64,000 nt of DNA. It comes from Vulcanimicrobiota bacterium. GTDB lineage: Bacteria > Vulcanimicrobiota > Vulcanimicrobiia > Vulcanimicrobiales > Vulcanimicrobiaceae. Made by a program: the position numbers and the translations under genes. Location of the stretch: the NCBI GenBank assembly GCA_003135555.1, contig PLCF01000072.1:19470-83469 (forward strand), written 5' to 3'. Shown in pieces: positions 47,425 through 56,010 of this stretch. How positions within the stretch are numbered: the stretch's first letter is position 1; every line of letters begins with the position of its first letter. The notes beneath the pieces were generated by a model. The model had not been told where the DNA came from and made no database searches. It saw only the letters and a program-made list of their open reading frames with translations.

Positions 47425-47835
47425 CTAGAGGCTTAGGACGTACTGGGCGACGTCGTGGAGGTCGCGCTTGGACATCTTCCAACGCGGCATGGCGCTATCG
47501 AGCTTCTTGCCGTCGTTGTCGATGCCGGTGGAGATCGCGCGTTCGAGCAGCGCCTGCGTGTAGGGGTGCTTCTGGTGCGTCACCAGGTTGGCGTGGCGCA
47601 GGTCGGCGCTGGTCGCGCTGCGGCTAACCCTCATGCCGCCGGCGCCGTTGGCGCGGTGGCAGGCGGCGCAGGCCGGCACCGGCGGTTTCTGGGCCATGCC
47701 GACGTTCGTGCCGGCGAGGTCGCGGCCGGTTTGAAAGATCGCTTTGCCGTTGGCGCTCGGCGGCGCAGCGGCGACGGCGGCCGCGAGCGATGCGGCGAAC
47801 GCGACGGCGAGGATGACGGGCGTACGGATCACCAT
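47425..47835 (-). CDS. small periplasmic cytochrome c
   Basis: Signal peptide, G.AIF.TG, CAACH and MPRW. TATATT box 6 nt before the ATG. Confidence 0.85.
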   Translation of the reverse strand: MVIRTPVILAVAFAASLAAAVAAAPPSANGKAIFQTGRDLAGTNVGMAQKPPVPACAACHRANGAGGMRVSRSATSADLRHANLVTHQKHPYTQALLERAISTGIDNDGKKLDSAMPRWKMSKRDLHDVAQYVLSL

Positions 47836-47876
47836 ACGTCCAATATACGCCGCCCGCGGGATTTTCCCGCAGCGCC

Positions 47877-48368
47877 CTAGGCGCGCTGGTAGATTTGGCG
47901 CATCCGCTCGCGGCGGTCGGGCTGGCCGCACCGCGCCAGCTCATCGATGCCGCCCAGCGCCGCTTCGATCTGATCGCCGACGGCGAGCGCGTTCTGCACG
48001 TGTGCGCGCCGGTTTGCCACGGCTTGCATGTGGACCACGCCGTCGTCGTCGCGCACCTTCTCGCCGAACGCGATGGCGACGCCGACGAGCGCGTTGTAGT
48101 GTTCGAACAGCTTGCGTTCGCCGGCGGGCCGCTGCGCGGCGAGCTCTTTGAACGCCCCGCGCAGTTCGCGCAGGCCGTGGTTCTCGTCGTTACCGGTCAG
48201 GTGGTCGAGGTCCAGGCGCAGCAGCGTGTTCATGTTGCCCACGTGCACCCAGGCCGCGGCGTCGCGCGCGGCGTGACGGATGCGGTGATAGTAGAGCACC
48301 CCCGACGTGATGATCCCGCCGACGCACATCGCGCCGAACATCCCTACGAGAAACGACTGCTCCGGCAT
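47877..48368 (-). CDS. hypothetical membrane-anchored helical protein
   Basis: N-terminal TM segment and host-like codon use. Confidence 0.65.
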   Translation of the reverse strand: MPEQSFLVGMFGAMCVGGIITSGVLYYHRIRHAARDAAAWVHVGNMNTLLRLDLDHLTGNDENHGLRELRGAFKELAAQRPAGERKLFEHYNALVGVAIAFGEKVRDDDGVVHMQAVANRRAHVQNALAVGDQIEAALGGIDELARCGQPDRRERMRQIYQRA

Positions 48369-48419
48369 ACCTGGATAATCGGCACGGCGCGCAACCCGCT
48401 GAAGGGACCGCGCCCGGGG

Positions 48420-48623
48420 TCAGTTCTCGGTCGGTTCGTCCGTGCGGCCGAAGATCGCGCCGAAGAGGCCGGCCAGGCCGGGCTTGCGCTTGCGGCGATC
48501 GGTCTGGCGGCGTTCGAACGGCACGTCGAGCGGCTCGTCGGCGCGCCGCGGCCCGCGGCGCCGGTCATGGGCTAGGTTCGTTCGGTCCTCGGCTGGGGTC
48601 GACGGCAGGTCTTGATCCGACAT
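48420..48623 (-). CDS. small Arg-rich protein (DRR/ERR motifs)
   Basis: MSDQD...HDRRRGPRR...ERRQTDRRKR.PGLAGLFGAIFG. GGAAAGGG RBS upstream. Confidence 0.6.
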   Translation of the reverse strand: MSDQDLPSTPAEDRTNLAHDRRRGPRRADEPLDVPFERRQTDRRKRKPGLAGLFGAIFGRTDEPTEN

Positions 48624-48761
48624 CTTGCCCTTTCCGTATCGGCACGCGGCGACCAAGATAGTAGTATCGGCGCGAAATTCGGCGGCCTTTAGCCGCTTGC
48701 TCTGCTAATCGAATCGCAAACCCGCCGACGGTTCTTTAGGCACACGGCGCCCGCTTGCCCC

Positions 48762-50018
48762 TCAGCCGGCGCCGGGCGGGGCCTTGCGTTCGCTCGATAT
48801 CGCCCACACCAGCGCGACGAGCAAGAAGTTGGTGACCAGCGAGCTGCCGCCGTAAGAGATGAACGGCAGCGTGATCCCGGTCAGCGGAAACATGTGCAGC
48901 ACGCCGCCCACGATGATCAGGATCTGGAAGCCCAGCACCGCCGCCAGCCCGGTCGCGAGCAGCTTGGCGTAGAGGTCGGGTTGCCGCGCCGCGACCCGCA
49001 GCGCGCGCAGCACTACCGCGAGGTACACGCCCAGCAGCGCCAGCGACCCCAGCGCGCCCCATTCCTCGCCGAAGGCGGCGTAGATATAGTCGGTCGCGAC
49101 GCTGGGGATGTAATCGGGCCGTCCGAGGCCGTAGCCGGCCCCGAACAGGCCGCCGTTGGCCAACGCAAAGAGCGACTGCAGCGCCTGGTAGCCGGCCCCC
49201 AGCGGGTCGTGGAAGGGGTCCTTCCAGACCGCGATTCGCCGCTCCACGTAGGCGTAGTGCGTCGCCGCCCACCAGGCGGCGAGGCCGAAGACCGTCGTGG
49301 CCCCGACGATCAAGTCCACGCGCCGGGTCGCGACGTAGAGCATCGCCACGAAGGTCGCCAGCAGCAGCGAGGCCATCCCGATGTCGCGTTGGAGCACCAG
49401 AATTCCCATCGAGACGCCCCAGCCCAAGAACAGCGGTCCCAGGTACTTCGCGTTGGCGCGCAGCGACCACGGCCGCGTGCGCGCGATGACGTCGGCGGTG
49501 TCGGCCAGATACGATGCCATGAAGAGCACCACGAGCAGCTTGATGACTTCGACGGGCTCGAATTGGATCGGGCCGAAGCTGATCCACAGCCGCGCCCCGT
49601 TGACTTCGTGGCCGAACAGCGCCAGCGCGATGAACAACGCGATCGTGCACAAAATCCAAACGTACTTGTACGCTGCCAGCACGCGAAAGCGCGTGAACGC
49701 CGGCCCCGCCGCGATCGCCAGGATCAGCGAGAACGCCAGCCAGACGATCTGCTTCTGCGCCAGCTCGGGATTCAAGCGTGCCACCACGGCCAGCCCGATC
49801 GACGACAAGAGCACCGCGAGCGCCGGCAACGTGTCGTCGCGGGTGACGTCGGCGGGTCGCAGCGCCGGCCACGCGAGCGCGACGAGGCCGATGGCCAGCG
49901 GCAACCACTCGGGCAGCATCGCGCTGCGCGGCGCCAGCCCCAGGGTGAAGGCTCCTATGGCCAGAGCAACGACCATCGGCGCGCACGCGCGAACGCGCAC
50001 GACCACGGCGTCAGGCAA
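48762..50018 (-). CDS. rodA: FtsW/RodA/SpoVE (SEDS) peptidoglycan glycosyltransferase
   Basis: GARLWI.FGP..F.P.E..K, QRDIG, GYQ..QSL.A...GG..G.G, TDYI....GEE.G and PLTGITLPFISYGGSS. Confidence 0.92.
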   Translation of the reverse strand: MPDAVVVRVRACAPMVVALAIGAFTLGLAPRSAMLPEWLPLAIGLVALAWPALRPADVTRDDTLPALAVLLSSIGLAVVARLNPELAQKQIVWLAFSLILAIAAGPAFTRFRVLAAYKYVWILCTIALFIALALFGHEVNGARLWISFGPIQFEPVEVIKLLVVLFMASYLADTADVIARTRPWSLRANAKYLGPLFLGWGVSMGILVLQRDIGMASLLLATFVAMLYVATRRVDLIVGATTVFGLAAWWAATHYAYVERRIAVWKDPFHDPLGAGYQALQSLFALANGGLFGAGYGLGRPDYIPSVATDYIYAAFGEEWGALGSLALLGVYLAVVLRALRVAARQPDLYAKLLATGLAAVLGFQILIIVGGVLHMFPLTGITLPFISYGGSSLVTNFLLVALVWAISSERKAPPGAG

Positions 50019-50021
50019 AGA

Positions 50022-50822
50022 TCACGGCGTGGAGAACACCGCGTGCAGGACGAACGTCGCGACGATCACCGCGGCAATCATGGCGACGAGCGCAACCACC
50101 GCATCGCGCGGGCGCGGCCGGCGCTGCGACGCATCGGGTCCGATCTCGTTGAAGGCGCGGCCCACGATCACCGTGGCGGCGCCGTCGCCGCGAATCCCGG
50201 CGATCGCGAGCAGGCGCGCCGTGACGTCCTCCGACGACGCGGAGGCGCGTAGCGCGTCGGCGATCTCCGTTTCGTCGAGCAGCTCGTGCAGCGCGCCGCT
50301 CGAAAGCACCAGCGCGTCGCCGTGCATCAGGCGCACGTGCACGAGCGTGGGCTCGAGCGTTGGCTGCGTTCCCAGGGTGCGCGTCAGCAGTCGCAGCGGA
50401 CCGTCGCCGACGGTATCGTCGGCGGTGAGCGTGGTGAGCGCCCCGTCCCGGCCCAGGTAGGCGCGCGTCGCGCCGACGTGGCCGACGAAGGCATGGTCTC
50501 CCAGGATCAGCGCGGCGGTCAGCGAGGTCCCCGAGGCGACGTAGTCGTCGGTGCTGCCCGAGTGGGCGTAGACCCGCGCATTGGCCGCCGCGAAGGCGGC
50601 CGAGAGCGCGCCGCGCGGATCGCGCCGCTCGCCGCGCACGCGGCGTCTGAGGCTGTCGCGGACCGCCTGGGTGGCGACCAGCGGCGCCGGGCGTTCGCGA
50701 ATGCGACCGAAACCGTGCGCCACCGCCAGCAGGACGATCCCCGGCGCGACGATTTCGGCCACGTAGGCCTCATCGCCGCCGCGCTGCGGGGCACCGGGTC
50801 GTGAACCGACCGCTATCTCCAT
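50022..50822 (-). CDS. PP2C/PstP-like protein with degenerate metal-binding motifs
   Basis: PP2C scaffold (GTSLTA, GHVG..RAY, LT.D, LTRTLG, GD.LVL.S) with a C-terminal TM. The conserved Asp residues are replaced. Confidence 0.8.
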   Translation of the reverse strand: MEIAVGSRPGAPQRGGDEAYVAEIVAPGIVLLAVAHGFGRIRERPAPLVATQAVRDSLRRRVRGERRDPRGALSAAFAAANARVYAHSGSTDDYVASGTSLTAALILGDHAFVGHVGATRAYLGRDGALTTLTADDTVGDGPLRLLTRTLGTQPTLEPTLVHVRLMHGDALVLSSGALHELLDETEIADALRASASSEDVTARLLAIAGIRGDGAATVIVGRAFNEIGPDASQRRPRPRDAVVALVAMIAAVIVATFVLHAVFSTP

Positions 50823-51229
50823 GCACCGACTCCACGAAAGACCAGGGCTGCTCCACCGACGGTGATCTCGTCGTCGACCGTCAGCTGCCGCGGTTCGGCG
50901 ACGGGTTCACCGTCGACCGCCGTCCCGTTGCGACTGCCCAGGTCTTCGACATATACGCCATCGTCCCGCATTTCGATTCGCGCATGCAGCCGACTCACCC
51001 GCGGGTCGTCCAGACGCAGGTCGGCGCTGGGCGCCCGGCCCACCAGGATCCGGCGCCCGAAGCGGCGCGTCTTGATCGTGCCGGCATGGGCGACGGTCAA
51101 CTCGATCCCGGTCGGGATGGAGGCGTCGATGGCCCGCGCCGGCGGCGCACCCCGGCGGTCCCGAACGATCAGCACGTACGCAACGTACGCGCAGGCCAGG
51201 CCGAGCGTAACCAGGCGCGGGTCGGTCAC
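50813..51229 (-). CDS. membrane-anchored FHA-domain protein (FhaB-like)
   Basis: N-terminal TM, VGR, D..VSR.HA and DLGS.NGT. GTG at 51229 is coupled to the upstream stop. Confidence 0.88.
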   Translation of the reverse strand: MTDPRLVTLGLACAYVAYVLIVRDRRGAPPARAIDASIPTGIELTVAHAGTIKTRRFGRRILVGRAPSADLRLDDPRVSRLHARIEMRDDGVYVEDLGSRNGTAVDGEPVAEPRQLTVDDEITVGGAALVFRGVGAWR

Positions 51230-51840
51230 GTCGCGTCGACCACCTTGAGCGGGGTGTCGCCCACGGTGACCGTCTGGCCGCGGTCCAGACGCGAGCGGCG
51301 CACCTGCGCCCCGTCCACGAAGGTACCGTTGGACGAACCGGTGTCCTCGACGCTCCAGCCGGTGCCGTCGGCGACGATGCGCGCGTGGTAACGCGACACC
51401 CGCGCATCGCGCACGGCGATCGCGTTGTCGCCGGCCCGGCCGATGGTTTGCCCGTCCGCCAGCGTCACGCGCGTGCCGTCGGGCCGCTCGAGCGCGAGGC
51501 TTTGCGCCCGTTCGTCGACGACGGCCTCGATGGCCAGCGATCCGGAGACCACGTCGGGGTCCTCGTCGAGGACGACGCGCGCGTTGCCGGATCGGCTTGC
51601 CGGCAGCGCCTCGCGCAGCATCGCACTCCACCGCCCTTCGAGGAAATCGCGATCGCTTTCCAGGCGCGCGTAGTCGTTGGGGTGCACCCGGACCAGATAG
51701 AGGTCGCTGGGCGAGCCTTGCGCGGTCGCCACGAGACGCCGCCCGATCTGCGCGGGGTCGAGCGCGCTGGGGAACACGCGCGCGAACGCGTCCTCCACGA
51801 CGCGCGCGCACGCGTTTTCGATCCGCGCGAAGACGTTCAT
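51226..51840 (-). CDS. fhaA: DUF3662 + FHA domain protein (FhaA-like)
   Basis: F.R.E......VE..FARVF.S.L.P..I N-terminus, then IGR, VSR.HA and GSSNGT. ATG at 51840. Confidence 0.85.
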   Translation of the reverse strand: MNVFARIENACARVVEDAFARVFPSALDPAQIGRRLVATAQGSPSDLYLVRVHPNDYARLESDRDFLEGRWSAMLREALPASRSGNARVVLDEDPDVVSGSLAIEAVVDERAQSLALERPDGTRVTLADGQTIGRAGDNAIAVRDARVSRYHARIVADGTGWSVEDTGSSNGTFVDGAQVRRSRLDRGQTVTVGDTPLKVVDAT

Positions 51841-53147
51841 CGCCGCAACCGCGCGATGTAAAACCCGTCCCGGCCGTCGATCCCCGGCGGCACCAGCACG
51901 TCGCCGTTCGCCGTGATGAACGGCGCGTAGCGTGGCGGCAGCACGTCGCGCGAGAACCCGGCGTGCGCGGCGAGGAACGCGTCGACGACGTCTTCGCCTT
52001 CGCGCCGGTCGGTCGAGCACACGGCGTAGACCAGCGCGCCGCCGGGCTTGACGCTGCCGGCGGCGGCGTCGAGGAGCTTGCGCTGCACGACCGACATTCG
52101 TTCGGGATCGTCCGACCGCTTGCGCCAGCGCGCTTCGGGCTGACGACCCAGAATGCCCAAGCCCGAGCACGGGGCGTCGAGCAGCACGAGGTCGGCGTCG
52201 GGCGTCGCCTGCATCGCGCTGACGTCGGCAGTGACCAGCGCGACCATCGCGATCTGCGCCGCATCGAGGCGCGCCGACGTCTGGGCGATCTTGCGTGGAT
52301 CGTCGTCAACCGCCAGGATCGAGCCCTCGTCGCGCATGCGGCTCGCGATCTGCAACGTCTTGTTCCCGCGGCCGCAGCACAGCTCGACCACGCGCCCACC
52401 GGGCTGCGGATCGAGGATATCAACCGGGAACGCGGCGGCCTCGGCGTGCAGGTGCCAGCGGTGCTCGGCCAGCCGCTCGAGCTCGCCGCTCGGCGCGGTT
52501 GCGTCGAGCACGAGCGCGTCGCCGGCGAACGCGCTCGGGGTCGTCGCGATGCCGGCCGCGGACAGCACCGCTTGCGCCTCGGCGGTCGTTGCGTTACGCA
52601 GATCGACGCAGACGCCGGACGCGGCAGGGCCGTTCACGCCGGCGAGGATCGCGTCGAGCCGGTCCTCGCCGAAGCGCTCGCGCCAATGGCTCACCACCCA
52701 GTTCGGCAACGACGCACGCGTGGCCAGGTCGGCCTCACGCGGCGGTTCGGTCGCGACGCGCCGTAGCACCGCGTTGACCAGCCCCGCAGTGCCCTTGTGC
52801 CCGTACTTGCGCGCCAGCCCGACGCTCTCCGACACGGCAGCGTACGCTTCGACGCCGTTCATCGAGCGCAGCTGATAGGTCCCCAGCCGCAAGATCTCGG
52901 CGATCGGCTGCGGTAGCGCCTTGGCGCGCTCGCCGACATACGGCTGCAGCTCGAAATCGAGGTAGCGCCGCATCTTGATCGCCCCGTATGCCAGCTCGGT
53001 CGCGAACGCCCGATCGCGCGGCGCCAGCGCCGTCTTGCGCAGCCGATAGTCGAGCGCTTCCCGAGCACCGCGCGGCGTCGGCCCAAAGACATCCCGGCAC
53101 ACCTGCAGCGCAACTTCCCGCGCCGTCGTCGCCCGCGGTTCGCTCAC
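51837..53147 (-). CDS. rsmB: 16S rRNA m5C967 methyltransferase RsmB/Sun
   Basis: NusB-like N-domain (GLVNAVLR), LLDAPCSGLG, GG.LVYAVCS and DGFYIARL. It follows fmt. Confidence 0.92.
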   Translation of the reverse strand: MSEPRATTAREVALQVCRDVFGPTPRGAREALDYRLRKTALAPRDRAFATELAYGAIKMRRYLDFELQPYVGERAKALPQPIAEILRLGTYQLRSMNGVEAYAAVSESVGLARKYGHKGTAGLVNAVLRRVATEPPREADLATRASLPNWVVSHWRERFGEDRLDAILAGVNGPAASGVCVDLRNATTAEAQAVLSAAGIATTPSAFAGDALVLDATAPSGELERLAEHRWHLHAEAAAFPVDILDPQPGGRVVELCCGRGNKTLQIASRMRDEGSILAVDDDPRKIAQTSARLDAAQIAMVALVTADVSAMQATPDADLVLLDAPCSGLGILGRQPEARWRKRSDDPERMSVVQRKLLDAAAGSVKPGGALVYAVCSTDRREGEDVVDAFLAAHAGFSRDVLPPRYAPFITANGDVLVPPGIDGRDGFYIARLRR

Positions 53148-54205
53148 CGCCCGAACTCCCGAGCGATATCGCGCATAGACCCATCCCCGAACTCCCGAGC
53201 GAAAGTCCTGCGCATAAACGCTTCCGCTGACATCGGCCCGCGATTGGGTGCGATCAGCCGGTCGATGATGACCGCGCCATCTGAGGTGATGACGTAAACG
53301 TACGGTGGATCCATACCGACAGCCAGCCCTGGCGGCTCGAAACCCACGGCGACCCGACTCGTCTTGATGCTGACCGTTTGGCTCCCGACAGTGATCGAGC
53401 GACGGATATCGGGCCCGAAGAGTTCATCCATAGTTATCAGGTGGGCTTCCAAGATTTTCAGCTTTTCGTCTAGGTACTCGGTTCGCGCGAGCGGCTGCGG
53501 CGCGAGCGAACGCACCAAATCGACGATGCACCGTCCGGGCTGAGACCAATCAATCACAAGGTCGTCTTTGCGCAACGGCCGCGTCAGCGTACGCGCGATC
53601 TCCTCGTCGGTGACGCCGAGCTTGCGCGCAATCTCGCTCTGCGGCGTACGCGTCAGCGTCCGGTCCGCATGCTGCTGTAGCGCGGTCACGACGAGCTCGG
53701 CGCCGCGTCGCGCGAGGCGGTCGTGCAGCTCGCCGTAGGTCTCAGTCGCGCCGATGGGCGTAGGTTCCTGGAGCAGCACGTCGCCGGTGTCCATCCCCGC
53801 ATCCATGGCGATGATCGTCACGCCGGTCTGCGTGCGCCCGTCGCGAATCGCGGATTGCAGCGGGGTCGCGCCGCGGTAGAGCGGCAGCAGCGACGGATGA
53901 ACGTTGAACGCGGTCGGCACGACGTCGAGCAGCGCCTGCGGGACGATCCTCCCGTACGACGCGACGACGAACGCAGCGGCTCCCAGCGCGCGAGCTTCGT
54001 CGACGAACGGCTTCAATTTCTCTGGCGTGAACACCGGCAGCCCGAGCGACTCAGCGGCGCGTTTGACCGGCGTCGGCGCGAGCTTGTGGCCGCGACCCGC
54101 CGGGCGATCCGGTTGCGTGACGACGCCCACGACGTCATGACGCGCGGCGACTGCGGTGAGGGTCGGGACGGCGAACTCGCTCGTCCCGAAGACGACGAGC
54201 TTCAG
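53144..54205 (-). CDS. fmt: methionyl-tRNA formyltransferase (probable CTG start)
   Basis: (L)KLVVFGTSEFAVP.L, VVTQPDRPAGRG, NVHPSLLP.YRGATP and MDAGMDTGD. Confidence 0.93.
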   Translation of the reverse strand: MKLVVFGTSEFAVPTLTAVAARHDVVGVVTQPDRPAGRGHKLAPTPVKRAAESLGLPVFTPEKLKPFVDEARALGAAAFVVASYGRIVPQALLDVVPTAFNVHPSLLPLYRGATPLQSAIRDGRTQTGVTIIAMDAGMDTGDVLLQEPTPIGATETYGELHDRLARRGAELVVTALQQHADRTLTRTPQSEIARKLGVTDEEIARTLTRPLRKDDLVIDWSQPGRCIVDLVRSLAPQPLARTEYLDEKLKILEAHLITMDELFGPDIRRSITVGSQTVSIKTSRVAVGFEPPGLAVGMDPPYVYVITSDGAVIIDRLIAPNRGPMSAEAFMRRTFAREFGDGSMRDIAREFGR

Positions 54206-54732
54206 CGAGCTCCCGCAGCGACCGCTTCGGCCTCCCCGACTTCCTCGTCGGTGGTGGCGGGCCGAACGTTCTTGGCCTTGTCGATGTAGAGGATGCCGTC
54301 GAGGTGGTCCATCTCGTGCTGCAAGCAGCGTCCGAACAGCCCCGTCCCTTCGAGGGTGATCTTCTTGCCGTGCCGATCGAGGCCGTTGCAGACGACCCGC
54401 TCGGAGCGCGTCATGTCGCCGACCATCCCCGGCACCGAAAGGCAGCCCTCGATCGACTCGACCTCGCCTTCGGTCAGCGTGAACTTCGGGTTGATCACGA
54501 CCAGCGGCCCGTGCGCATCCTCGTCGTCCTGCAGGTCGACGGTGAAGACCCGCTTCGACACGCCGATCTGCGGCGCGGCCAAACCGATCCCCGGGGCGTC
54601 GTACATCGTCTCGAACATGTCGTCGAGCAATTGCTGGAACAGCGGGTCGCCAATCTCGGCCGGATCGACCTTCTTGGCAACCTTGCGCAGCGTGGGATGG
54701 CCGTCGGTGATGATCTCGCGGATGTACGCCAT
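54202..54732 (-). CDS. def: peptide deformylase
   Basis: GIGLAAPQIG, EGCLSVPG and QHEMDHL. ATG at 54732. Confidence 0.96.
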   Translation of the reverse strand: MAYIREIITDGHPTLRKVAKKVDPAEIGDPLFQQLLDDMFETMYDAPGIGLAAPQIGVSKRVFTVDLQDDEDAHGPLVVINPKFTLTEGEVESIEGCLSVPGMVGDMTRSERVVCNGLDRHGKKITLEGTGLFGRCLQHEMDHLDGILYIDKAKNVRPATTDEEVGEAEAVAAGAR

Positions 54733-54827
54733 GGGGTGCTCACTAGTATAACCGGCAGGCAAAGCCCCCGGTTCCCACCCCGGCCGGGCCCCGGCGGGCC
54801 GTAAGCGTCCCGTAATCGGCCGGGCGC

Positions 54828-55226
54828 ATGATTTGGACGATGTCCGTTCTCGCGGGCGCCCTGGCCGCGATACTGGTTACCGGCCCCGACCTGCTGGGGC
54901 CCGGCAGCCTCGCCGTGTCCCTCGAGACGCGCCCCGTCCCGCGCTCCTGTGCGGTCGTCAGCACGGCCACGATCGTCGCCTACGACGCGACCGCCCCGCA
55001 CACCGTCGCCTATCGGTTCGTCCACAGCGACGGAACGGTGTCCCCAAGCGGCCGGCTGACATTCGCCGGCGAAGGCGCCCTCGCGCAGTCTGTCCGCGAC
55101 GAGTGGACGCCGCACGGAGCATCCCCATGGGTCGTCCTCGAGATCACCGCCCCGGAACGCCTGCGCTCGCACCGCGCCGCCGCCGCGCCGCGCTGCCCGC
55201 GCCGCATCGTCGCCGCGACGCGCTAG
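54828..55226 (+). CDS. hypothetical exported protein
   Basis: Hydrophobic N-terminus and a beta-rich body (YRF..SDG). First gene of a 3-gene unit. Confidence 0.55.
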   Translation: MIWTMSVLAGALAAILVTGPDLLGPGSLAVSLETRPVPRSCAVVSTATIVAYDATAPHTVAYRFVHSDGTVSPSGRLTFAGEGALAQSVRDEWTPHGASPWVVLEITAPERLRSHRAAAAPRCPRRIVAATR

Positions 55227-55236
55227 CCCGCACGGC

Positions 55237-56010
55237 GTGTCCGTGACCGCCTCGCCGCCGCGCGTCTTCACGCGCGACGACGGCCGCGAGCGCATCGGGA
55301 TCGGGTTCTGGAAGGGCGTCCTCACAACGCTGGCCGCGCTCGCGATCGGCTTCGTCGCGGCCGTGATCGCGGCGATCGCGCTCGTGCTCGCCGTCCACCG
55401 GATCACCGGCCACGCGCCGTCCACCAATCCGGGCCATCCGCTCGCCGCGGTGATCGGGCTGGTCTTCTACGCGGCCGCAGGCGCCTTCGCATGGTGGCGC
55501 TTGCGCACGCCGAGCTGGAGCCCGCTGCACCGGCCGACCGCGTATGATATGCGGGTCGTCCTCATCGGCGTCGGCGCCTTGATCCTCGTGCGCATCGGCC
55601 TGGTCGTGCAGTTGATCGTAACGCACCAAACCAAGCACGTGCAAAGCGGCTTCGAGCACTTCGACGTCGTCACCAAGAATCCGACCATGACCGCGATCGG
55701 GGTCAGCCTCGGCATTCTCACCATGGTCGTCGTCGCGCCGATCGTCGAGGAGATCATCTTCCGCGGCTTGCTCTTCGGCGCGCTCGCGCCGCGCCTCGGC
55801 GTTCTCGGCGGGGCCTTCATAACGGCACTGTTGTTCGGCGCCGCACACGGCGATCTGATCCTATTCCCGACGCTCGCGGCCCTCGGTTTCGTCGCCGCGC
55901 TGGCCTACGCAGCTACCGGCAACCTCACCGTCGCAATCGCGCTGCACGCGATCAACAACAGCCTCGGCGCCGCCGCGCTCGTCGGCATGTCACTACGCCA
56001 CCACGCATGA
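55237..56010 (+). CDS. CPBP (Abi/CAAX) intramembrane metalloprotease
   Basis: EEIIFRG, FGAAH and HAINN. Confidence 0.9.
   Translation: MSVTASPPRVFTRDDGRERIGIGFWKGVLTTLAALAIGFVAAVIAAIALVLAVHRITGHAPSTNPGHPLAAVIGLVFYAAAGAFAWWRLRTPSWSPLHRPTAYDMRVVLIGVGALILVRIGLVVQLIVTHQTKHVQSGFEHFDVVTKNPTMTAIGVSLGILTMVVVAPIVEEIIFRGLLFGALAPRLGVLGGAFITALLFGAAHGDLILFPTLAALGFVAALAYAATGNLTVAIALHAINNSLGAAALVGMSLRHHA

Noticed and set aside
50813..52423. 536-aa and 314-aa FHA ORFs
   Set aside because: The N-terminal parts overlap rsmB/fhaA out of frame. The real starts are 51229 and 51840.
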